From contig JAUQYZ020000256.1 of the NCBI GenBank assembly GCA_030587475.2, positions 1 through 46,520 on the forward strand: a stretch of DNA of 46,520 nucleotides, written 5' to 3'. The position numbers and the translations under genes were made by a program. Origin of the DNA: Candidatus Sigynarchaeum calidifontis. Its GTDB lineage: Archaea > Asgardarchaeota > Lokiarchaeia > Sigyniarchaeales > Sigyniarchaeaceae. Shown here piece by piece: positions 36,421 through 44,895 of the stretch; position 1 is the first letter of the stretch, and each line of letters begins with the position of its first letter. The notes beneath the pieces were generated by a model that was not told where the DNA came from, made no database searches, and saw only the letters and a list, made by a program, of their open reading frames with translations.

Positions 36421-37830
36421 TCAAGGAGACTTCAGCAGCTTGATCAAGGTCTTGCCGACAGATTGCACGTCCATCTTGAGAAGGTCATCGAAGTTTGCAC
36501 CGTCCTTGAACACGATGATATAGAAAACTTTTTTCTCCTCCTCAACGATCTGGCTCCATAAAAACGAGTATTTCTCCAACTGGATGATGATGTAATTTGA
36601 TTTCAAGAACGGGTAGAATTGAAAGTTTTCGTTGAGATAGAGAAAGGAGAGAAGCGTGTTTTGCGCGAGCTTGACGAGCTCCTCGTATTGGATGTCGGAT
36701 GACGCGACGATGTTTTGGCCAAGCAAGTTCCGCTTGTCATCGAGGATGATGATGATGTTTGCACCCGTCTTCGAGGCGAGTTCTTGCAGCGCGTAATCCA
36801 CGACGTTTTTATCCGGAAAGAGGTTGAGTAAAGTCTTGGAAAACGCATCGATGACCGTGTATCGATTAAAGATCGACGTCCGGAAGAACAGCAAGTCGCG
36901 ACCGTAAGCGAGCACCTTGATCTTGTTCGTGAGGGCAGTGATCTTTAGCTCGATGCGGTTTTTCTTTGAATCACGTTCCACGTCGGGATCGTACTTGTGG
37001 AACAAGATCGAGATCAGCGGGTTCACGTTGAGCTTGTCGAAGAGCTGGAGCGTGTCGTAAAGGAAGTCGATGGCCTCGTCGTAGCGTTCCTCGTCGAGGA
37101 CGTCGATCACGTAGAAGAGTATGCTCGTGTCCGCGTAGTAGATCATGGGCCGCTTGAGGTATTGGATCCTGTATAGTCGCTGCCCTCCCATGTCCCAATC
37201 ATGAATGGATTGCCCGAGGAAGGTGAACTCGCTGCGTTCCGTGAGCTTCGTGGGCTGCGGGTTCACGATCTTCTCGAATTCGTTCTTCACGGTCGCGATG
37301 ATTGACGATTTTCCAGCGAAATCCAGGCCGGAGAACAATATCTTCCACGCTTCCCGGGGCTTCGACTCTTGGGCCTTCATCGACTCGATCAAGTCTGGTG
37401 GTGCGACCTCGTCCTCGTCGATGAGACCCGGCACGAGGAGATCATCCGGTTTTTCAGCGGGCGCTGCAACCTTTGCCGCTCCCTTGGATTTGGCATCCGC
37501 TTTCGAGGTTTTTTTCTTCGGTAATAGCTTGCTCGCTTTCTTGGCTGGCTTGGTGTGGGCTTCTTTTTCTCCTGGCTCCGCGAGGACCTCGTCAACGCTC
37601 ACGCGCGTATCCGTTGTAGATTCTGGGACCTTTATTTCTTCTTTTTTGGCCAGATCGATTGTCTCCCCTTCTTTTTTCGGCGATTCGGTTATTTTCTTTT
37701 CTGGTTTCGTCTCATCCGCTTTTCCGGACACCGGGACCTCGGTAGTCTCCTCGAGCTCGATCTGATCGGTGTTAGCTATGTCCTTGTCCGAGGTCGAAAC
37801 CTTTTTTGTCTTCTTCCCCACAGTTTTCAC
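36421..37830 (-). CDS. Arf/Rag-like small GTPase with Lys/Glu-rich N-terminal extension and C-terminal roadblock/longin-like domain
   Basis: KILFSGLDFAGKSS (G1), PT (G2), WDMGGQ (G3), FHKYD (G4), RTSIF (G5). About 155 aa disordered N-terminus and about 125 aa C-terminal alpha/beta domain. Confidence 0.9.
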   Translation of the reverse strand: MKTVGKKTKKVSTSDKDIANTDQIELEETTEVPVSGKADETKPEKKITESPKKEGETIDLAKKEEIKVPESTTDTRVSVDEVLAEPGEKEAHTKPAKKASKLLPKKKTSKADAKSKGAAKVAAPAEKPDDLLVPGLIDEDEVAPPDLIESMKAQESKPREAWKILFSGLDFAGKSSIIATVKNEFEKIVNPQPTKLTERSEFTFLGQSIHDWDMGGQRLYRIQYLKRPMIYYADTSILFYVIDVLDEERYDEAIDFLYDTLQLFDKLNVNPLISILFHKYDPDVERDSKKNRIELKITALTNKIKVLAYGRDLLFFRTSIFNRYTVIDAFSKTLLNLFPDKNVVDYALQELASKTGANIIIILDDKRNLLGQNIVASSDIQYEELVKLAQNTLLSFLYLNENFQFYPFLKSNYIIIQLEKYSFLWSQIVEEEKKVFYIIVFKDGANFDDLLKMDVQSVGKTLIKLLKSP

Positions 37831-38097
37831 CCTTGGGAACAGATTTAACTCGCGACTTTGCGAATGCCACTTTGATGACTATGTATTGTCGATTCTTGTT
37901 AAAAGCCTTATTGTTTGCAGTCTTGGCTGATCGACAATAATGGGGAGAATAAATAATTTAAATTCGTGAAAGTACTCTTGGTGCTGATGCTTTCGTTTTG
38001 CCACGATTTTGGACAAAATTTCGATTATTTTAACTCGCTATTGATGTACGAAATTTTTTCCATCAAATCATCTGGTTGGATTTATTATCGAAAAGTC

Positions 38098-38644
38098 GTC
38101 GGCAAGGATGCCATTGCAATGGCCTTGTAAAAATATTGCAATGGCATTGCATATGGCTTTAGTAAAAGTACACCCAGCCCGCAGTTGATAGGTGATGTCA
38201 CCATTATCGAGCATCCCGCTATTGAACGTTAGGCCAGCAGCCAAAAGAGCTCGGCTCGATTTCGCCGTCAACAATGACGGCCTAGTCTTGCCGGGGCGAA
38301 TTGACCAGAAAAACATCGAGACTTGGGATGAGGTAATGGTGGTGACCGTCCGGGGAACGCATTTAATGTAATTGCACGCGCTGAATCGTGCTATGGTTGC
38401 GGATTATGCGAGCGACAAGGTGCGCGGGAATTGCTTCTGTCCCGGCATAACAGACACTCCTTTTTTCCTTGATCGCTCAGGAAATCCTCCCGATCACGAC
38501 CATGCTGGTAAAAACTTCATAGCTCGCCAGTCATTCAGCCGGTTCGGCAAGACGTGGGAGATCGCAGAGGGGATGTTATTTCTCATTACCAACGATTTCT
38601 GCACGGGCACCATCTTGTCGGTCGATGGCGGGATGAGGATGTGA
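38098..38644 (+). pseudogene. degraded short-chain dehydrogenase/reductase (SDR)
   Basis: Fragments VGKDAIAMAL*...GIAYGFSK, RLDFAVNNDGLVLPGRIDQKNIETWDEVMVVTVRGTHLM*, ALNRAMVADYASDKVRGNCFCPGITDTP...TGTILSVDGG. Contains stops, a frame change and loss of the YxxxK segment. Confidence 0.75.
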
Positions 38645-38757
38645 ATTGCCGTCTCTTCTATTCTGTTTCGTGACTAGCCCGGCTTGGTCGCAATAGATTA
38701 AATGCTTTTTCTCCCAAGATCAAAATTGGTATTGATATCCTATATCACGGTGCGATC

Positions 38758-40089
38758 ATGTCCAAGCTCCGCTTCCGGCCTTCCCCGCTCTCGAAAAAGG
38801 TGAAGATTTCGATCAGCCTGCTCTTGGTTTTTGGAATCATCGCAATATCCCCCGGGATCTACCTCGCGGTAAAGGTCGGTAGTGACGGCGCGTGGAACCC
38901 GGCTTCCGTGCACCAGCGATACCGTGCTGGTGAATATCCCGCCAGCAAGCCGTTTTTCCAGTGGTGGTATTTCTCGCTCAAGGATTACTCGACTAGCATG
39001 ACGTTTGCATTTTGTTACAGTTTGAGCAAGCCGGCTGAAAATCAAGAAAATCGTGGATGCTACGTGATGGCGGCCCTGGTAAACACCACGTCCCGGTTTC
39101 ACTTGTACTATAAATATCCATTGGAATCGCTCGTGATTGCCAACCAGTTCGACTTCAGCGTGGACGACCAGGCACTTCACGAGATCGACAGCGGCCGCTA
39201 CCACGTAAAGGGGAGAATGGAAAACGCGTCGCGAACCTGGGTTGCCGAGGGCATTTCCAATTCGAGTACGGTGACATGGGATCTCGACGTGTACCGATTG
39301 GTTGGCTGGTATGGCCAGCATGACATGGAGGACTTGATCAAGCGTTGTGGGGTCATCTCGTGGAACACCTATGCCTACGATTCGGAGGTCAACGGGTCGA
39401 TCTGGATCAACAGCACCCGGTACGACATCGACCGCAGCCCGCGGTTTCGCATCTACTGCGACATGAACTGGGGCGAGACGTTCCCCCACGGTGATCCGGC
39501 CATCGAACACATGTGGGGCTGGTTCTACACGGGACAGCCTGACGGAACGCCTTCCCGCGATTTCTCGATCATCGCGGGGATCGGGCGGTCAGATACGACG
39601 ATCGGCTTCGGCAACCCCTTCCATGGCAAGTTCGCATCGCTCTACTTGCACGGCCAGCGGATCGGTGCACGCCAAGGTCGGATATTCGACAACCCGCAAG
39701 ACTCGGGTGCCATCGTGTTCCAGCGGGCGACAGACGGCAATTGCCACGTGTTTCACGTCGACCGGGGTGATTGGATCGACTATACGGACGCGTTCGGCAC
39801 TGCCAGGATCCCGCTAACGCAGATCGTGACGATCGAGACCGAGACGAAGCGAGTGGTCATGACCTTTCATAGCAAGGCGTCGCACTACAACCGCTTGCTG
39901 TTCCCAACGGATGGCTATGTCTTCAGCGATTTCGAAGGATTGGGGGTCAATTGTACCACTCAAATCTACGATCGATCTTTTGCAATCTACGATTGGTTTA
40001 GAACAGTCCCTGTTTACACGCTTATCGAGACGATCGTCGATCACAATGCAGGCATCGAGTACGGGTATAAGATCGCCACCATCGTGTGA
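38758..40089 (+). CDS. tocopherol-cyclase-like beta-barrel protein with N-terminal membrane anchor
   Basis: FFQWWYF, FAFCYSLSKP, VNGSIWIN..RY, YCDMNWGETFP (compare Y.EKNWG.SFP of the tocopherol cyclase family), WGWF, SIIAGIG. Hydrophobic segment at about aa 17-37. Confidence 0.65.
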   Translation: MSKLRFRPSPLSKKVKISISLLLVFGIIAISPGIYLAVKVGSDGAWNPASVHQRYRAGEYPASKPFFQWWYFSLKDYSTSMTFAFCYSLSKPAENQENRGCYVMAALVNTTSRFHLYYKYPLESLVIANQFDFSVDDQALHEIDSGRYHVKGRMENASRTWVAEGISNSSTVTWDLDVYRLVGWYGQHDMEDLIKRCGVISWNTYAYDSEVNGSIWINSTRYDIDRSPRFRIYCDMNWGETFPHGDPAIEHMWGWFYTGQPDGTPSRDFSIIAGIGRSDTTIGFGNPFHGKFASLYLHGQRIGARQGRIFDNPQDSGAIVFQRATDGNCHVFHVDRGDWIDYTDAFGTARIPLTQIVTIETETKRVVMTFHSKASHYNRLLFPTDGYVFSDFEGLGVNCTTQIYDRSFAIYDWFRTVPVYTLIETIVDHNAGIEYGYKIATIV

Positions 40090-40091
40090 TC

Positions 40092-41639
40092 TCATTCCTT
40101 GTATAATGCTCGCAATCGGGCAAGATCTTCTTTCGTGAGGGGTTCTGCATCGCCGCGTTTCACCTTAAGTATCAACACGAAGCCCACGATGAGGCCGCAC
40201 AGGAAATAGGGAAAGAACGCGAGCCATTGATCGCCACCCGCGTACGCGATGATCGCGTAGATGCTCGACATCGCGATTGGAGAAAGGATCGCGCCCAGGG
40301 CCGAGATCATGTAGTACACGCCCGTGTAGGCGCCGATCTTGTTTTTCGGGGCGAGCTGCCAGACCACGGGAAGCGCGTTGATGTGCGTGAGCCCGTATCC
40401 CATGCCCGCGATGCTCAACAAGATGATTGCCGGCACCAACTCGGTGATCGTGAGCGGCACGAGTGGCTTGAGCAAGGGCATCGTGATGATGAGCCCGGCC
40501 GTCATTGCCATCATGACCACGAGGCCGATCTTCATGATCTTGAGGCGGCCGTATTTTTCCGCCCAGTATCCCGCGGGAATGGCAAATAATATGAGGACGG
40601 CGGGCATGATGGCGAGTAACAAGGACGCGATGCCTTCTGGAAGTTCGAGATAGCTCGTGGCATAGCGCCCGAACGAGTATTCGATGGCGTTGAATCCGAA
40701 GAGATAAGCAAACACGGTCATTAATATCCAGAACGCGGACTTGTCTTGTTCCTTGATGATTTCGCGCCACTCGTCGAAGAATCCGCCTTTTTTAGTCTTA
40801 TGTTCGCTCGCGTCTCGATCATGACGGCGAATTTCTTGGGAAAAAACGTCAACGTCGATGGGATATTTCCCTACGTGGAAAAAGCCAGTACCCGTGGGTG
40901 TTTCCCGCACTTTCTTGAGAAACACGACGAGGCACGCGATCATGAACCCGCCAGTGAAAAGGAATCCCCAAAAATCCTGGAAAAAATAATCCTGGGTCGT
41001 GAAATCATTACCTGTTGCGATGATGGGTGCCGTCCCGGGAACGAGCGATGCGAGGGGAGCCACGAGCATTCCAACGACGAAACCGAGACCGCCCATGAGC
41101 GAGATATAGGAGTTGGCGCTCGATCTCACCTGTGCAGGGGTCTTGTCTGGCATCAAGGCCATGACGGGTGGCCTGTAAAAGGCCATGGCTAGGTTGAACA
41201 CGAAGATGATTGCAATAAAGAGTACCGTGATGGTGAATGGATCGCCGAGCAATTCCGAAAACGGGAGAAGAACAAGGCACGTCACGGCGGTCGGTATGCC
41301 TATGATGACGAAAGGCGTCCGGCGGCCCCATTTACTTTCCATGCGATCGGATATGCGGCCAAAATAGGGTTGCAACAAGATGGCGATGATGTTGTCAAGG
41401 GTCATGAGGAAGCCGCCCAGGATTTCCATGGCTGGTTCGGTGCCTAGCAAGCCAACACGCGTGTAAATCCCTGATGATAACTTGATCCCGTTCAATATGA
41501 TAGGTATCTTGAAATTGTAAAACGTCCAGGCTATCATTGCTGAGAAAAATCCCAATCCAATGAAGAGCGTTTGCTTGATGTTTACCTTCAGCTTTTTAGC
41601 AACTATCTCGGTTGCATTGTCCTTGTTATCGTTAGCCAT
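40092..41639 (-). CDS. MFS transporter (SLC45 / maltose-sucrose symporter-like)
   Basis: About 12 TM segments; DNIIAILLQPYFGRISDR...WGRRTPF, ALMPD.TP, AGYWAEKYGR, IGAYTGVYY. Confidence 0.92.
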   Translation of the reverse strand: MANDNKDNATEIVAKKLKVNIKQTLFIGLGFFSAMIAWTFYNFKIPIILNGIKLSSGIYTRVGLLGTEPAMEILGGFLMTLDNIIAILLQPYFGRISDRMESKWGRRTPFVIIGIPTAVTCLVLLPFSELLGDPFTITVLFIAIIFVFNLAMAFYRPPVMALMPDKTPAQVRSSANSYISLMGGLGFVVGMLVAPLASLVPGTAPIIATGNDFTTQDYFFQDFWGFLFTGGFMIACLVVFLKKVRETPTGTGFFHVGKYPIDVDVFSQEIRRHDRDASEHKTKKGGFFDEWREIIKEQDKSAFWILMTVFAYLFGFNAIEYSFGRYATSYLELPEGIASLLLAIMPAVLILFAIPAGYWAEKYGRLKIMKIGLVVMMAMTAGLIITMPLLKPLVPLTITELVPAIILLSIAGMGYGLTHINALPVVWQLAPKNKIGAYTGVYYMISALGAILSPIAMSSIYAIIAYAGGDQWLAFFPYFLCGLIVGFVLILKVKRGDAEPLTKEDLARLRALYKE

Positions 41640-41681
41640 GCCGATCTACCATCATTTTATATTAAAAATGACGAGATAATT

Positions 41682-42150
41682 TCATTTGGCCGTCCAACCG
41701 CCGTCGACGCGCAAATCCGGCCCTGCCATGCAACTTGAGTCGTCTGTGGCGAGAAACAAGATGCACGACGCGATCTCTATCGGGCCTGCCAAAAGAGGGA
41801 TCGCCCTTTCCTGGTCGAGCTCCTTTATTAACGTCTTGTATGGCACGCCGCGCTCCTGTGCATCGACCAAGCAATCATCTTGGAGCATCGGCGTGTCAGT
41901 CGATCCCAGGCTCACGCTGTTGTCGTGCACGATGCATGGTATCTTGTCCACGGGCAAGACACGCCAATGACCGAGCCCTCGCGCCTTGGTGGAGCAATAG
42001 TTCGAGCGGTTCTGCTGGCCGATATGGGCTGGCACGGTTGCAAGCGATATGATCGAGCCGCTCTTTTGCTTCTTGAAATGTGGCACGGCGAACTTGCAAG
42101 TGTCATACGTGCCTTTAGGATTAACGTTTGTGGAAAAGTCGTAATCCTCG
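41682..42150 (-). pseudogene. truncated/degenerate SDR (C-terminal half only)
   Basis: NVNPKGTYDTCKFAVPHFKKQKSGSIISLA...NYCSTKA...TDTPML...EIASCILFLATDDSSCMAGPDLRVDGGWTA. The N-terminal Rossmann TGxxxGxG is missing and the upstream in-frame sequence is not SDR-like. Confidence 0.75.
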
Positions 42151-42423
42151 TCCGGAAATGATAAATAATGTCTTGCAACTATCACTCCTATCCACGCTGT
42201 TCTGAGTTTTCGCGCTGCTATTTTTTTGCGTTTTTTTACTCGTCCAGGGTATCCACGTTCCACCGACACATGGTTTATCCTTAATATTTCAAATCTTGAG
42301 TAAAAGCCTAATACGCATTGCACAATATTTTTGCCCGTAGGTCAATGCTCAAGATTACCTTCAGCCCGAGCCCTTTTTTACAATTTCGTACCTCCATCAT
42401 TCACGTCCCGCGTGACGCCGGCC

Positions 42424-44895
42424 ATGGCACAAACAATGAAGGAACCGCAAGAGACACATAAAAAGGTTTCATTTTTCGCGAGGATACGTAATACCTTTCG
42501 TATTTCCGCAATTGCCCGGAATACGTTTCCAACACTGTTCGGATACTTGTGGCGGCTCAAGGGAGAGTTCATAGTCCGCTTGATCTTGAATGCGCTCGGG
42601 ACAGCACTTATATCACTTCCCATCCTTTTGATCAAGAACCTGGTTCAAGATGTGTTCAAGTCTGGAAGCTTGATGATGCTGGGCCTCTACTTGATCGGGA
42701 TGCTCATTATCGTGGGTGGGGCCGGGATTCTCAGCTACTTTTCAGGTTACATGAATGCGCGAATCGGGGAGCGACTGATTTACAAGCTCAGAAACGACTT
42801 GTACCTCGCGCTGCAGCGCCAGAGTTTTTCGTACTTCGACGAGAATCGGACCGGGGATATCATGTCGAAGGTGACCTCTGATGTCGACCAGACACGCCAC
42901 TTTCTGACCGATGTTCTCGTGCAATTCCTCAACTCGATGATCCAGATCGGTATCGTGATCACGTTGATGCTCATCTTGAGCGTCGAGCTCACCCTTGCCG
43001 TGATCCCGATATGTGCCAGCATCTTTACCATGATCATCCTCTACCGGCGTCGCATCCGTCCCTTGTATCGCCGCGTACGGGAGGTCTACGGCAAGCTTAG
43101 TGCCACGCTGCAAGAAAACGTTACTGGTGTTAGAGTAGTGCGTGCATTTGCAAAGGAGGACGTCGAGATCAAGAAGTTTTCATCAAATAACTATGACTTG
43201 CTCAATGCAAATATGGGACTCATCAAGCTCAATACGCTCTTTGGTCCCACGATGGATCTCGTCGCGAACGTGAGCTTGGTCATCGTAATCATCCTTGGGG
43301 CATACGTGGCGATCAATAGCCCAGGCACCATAGAAGTGGCAACACTCGTGAGTTTCTTCATCTATTTGCAGATGATCCTGGGGCCAATTCGTTTCCTTGC
43401 AAATTTCGTTGGGAGTTACCAGCAGATGGTCGCCGCGGGGGATCGCATCGTCGGAATCCTTCATCATACCTCTGAGATCGTGGAAAAGCCCGGGGCCATC
43501 AAGATGCCAAGGGCGATCGGGCGAATCACGTTTAAAAATGTCTATTTCGCATATCCAGGCACGAATCGGGATGTCCTGAAAAATATTTCATTAGATATCA
43601 AACCCGGTGAAAAAGTGGCCATTCTCGGGCCGACAGGGTGCGGAAAATCATCATTAGTTAACTTGATACCCCGGTTCTACGATATCAAGTCGGGACAACT
43701 CCTTATCGACGATATCGACATCCGGGACGTTCGCATCAAATCCTTGCGATCGCAAATCGGCATCGTCGCCCAGGATACCTTCCTCTTCTCCGTATCGATA
43801 AAGGATAACCTCCTTTATGGAAATATCAAGGCGACTCGGGAGGAAATGGAAGCAGCAGCGAAGATCGCCAACATCCACGACTTTATTGTCAGCTTGCCCG
43901 AGGGATATGACACGATCGTGGGCGAGCGAGGCATATCGTTGAGCGGCGGCCAGAGGCAGCGCATCTCGATTGCTCGCTCGCTCTTGATCGACCCGCGAAT
44001 CTTGATCTTCGATGATTCCCTCAGTGCCGTCGACGTGGAGACCGAGTATCTCATCCAACAAGCATTGAAAAGGGTCATGGTGGGCCGGACGACGCTGATC
44101 ATCACGCAGCGCCTCTCATCGATCCGTGATGCGGACAAGATCGTGTATCTGGACAACGGCACGCTCGTAGAAGTAGGAACCCATGATGAATTGATGAAAC
44201 TGAACGGGCATTATGCCCGGCTCTATAAAACGCTCTATCGAGACCAGGAGAAGCAGCTCCTCGAGCTCGAGGCGTATGCACGGCAGCGCGAGGCCGAAAT
44301 ACCCGCGTTTCTCCCCTCGGAAATGGTTACTACTGCTGATCCTGGTGAAAAGACTTCCAGACAGATTGCCAGGGAACAAAAGAAGCTCGACAAGATCGAA
44401 CAAAAACGTGCACAAAAAATAGACGAGGTCAAGAAAAAGATCGAGGAAACCAAGCTTCGAGAGGAGGAGCTGAAGAAAAGAGAAGAAGAGGCCGCGATCG
44501 AGGCTGCCCAAAAACTCGAGGCGAAAAAACGTGAAGCGATCGAGAAGTGGTTCGAGCGAGCTGAAAAAGTTGAGCAAATGCCGCAAACTGAACAAAAATC
44601 TCCTCCTGAACGACCTGCAAGTCTTAAAGCTCTTCAAGCCTCTATTTCAGATGAAAAGATGGGAGCGGCGCAACCAAGCATGATTGCTGGTGAGAAAGAG
44701 GCTCTTGTCAGCAAGAAAAAACGTGTAAAACCCCCTCCTCCACAATCTACGAGTGCCGGTACAAACCCCGGCCAACCCGTTTCCCGTGATGGAACCGTGG
44801 TCCCTCGAAAGGGTTCGACACGAAAAAAAAAGACACCAACAACAAGCAATGATACCAATGAGAGCAACAAAACGGAGGCGGGAATGGACAAATGA
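42424..44895 (+). CDS. ABC exporter (TMD+NBD), degenerate-site subunit of a heterodimer, with ~200-aa charged C-terminal tail
   Basis: 6-TM domain, Walker A GPTGCGKS, signature LSGGQRQR, Walker B ILIFDDSLSAVD (E to D) and switch ITQR (H to Q). Confidence 0.93.
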   Translation: MAQTMKEPQETHKKVSFFARIRNTFRISAIARNTFPTLFGYLWRLKGEFIVRLILNALGTALISLPILLIKNLVQDVFKSGSLMMLGLYLIGMLIIVGGAGILSYFSGYMNARIGERLIYKLRNDLYLALQRQSFSYFDENRTGDIMSKVTSDVDQTRHFLTDVLVQFLNSMIQIGIVITLMLILSVELTLAVIPICASIFTMIILYRRRIRPLYRRVREVYGKLSATLQENVTGVRVVRAFAKEDVEIKKFSSNNYDLLNANMGLIKLNTLFGPTMDLVANVSLVIVIILGAYVAINSPGTIEVATLVSFFIYLQMILGPIRFLANFVGSYQQMVAAGDRIVGILHHTSEIVEKPGAIKMPRAIGRITFKNVYFAYPGTNRDVLKNISLDIKPGEKVAILGPTGCGKSSLVNLIPRFYDIKSGQLLIDDIDIRDVRIKSLRSQIGIVAQDTFLFSVSIKDNLLYGNIKATREEMEAAAKIANIHDFIVSLPEGYDTIVGERGISLSGGQRQRISIARSLLIDPRILIFDDSLSAVDVETEYLIQQALKRVMVGRTTLIITQRLSSIRDADKIVYLDNGTLVEVGTHDELMKLNGHYARLYKTLYRDQEKQLLELEAYARQREAEIPAFLPSEMVTTADPGEKTSRQIAREQKKLDKIEQKRAQKIDEVKKKIEETKLREEELKKREEEAAIEAAQKLEAKKREAIEKWFERAEKVEQMPQTEQKSPPERPASLKALQASISDEKMGAAQPSMIAGEKEALVSKKKRVKPPPPQSTSAGTNPGQPVSRDGTVVPRKGSTRKKKTPTTSNDTNESNKTEAGMDK

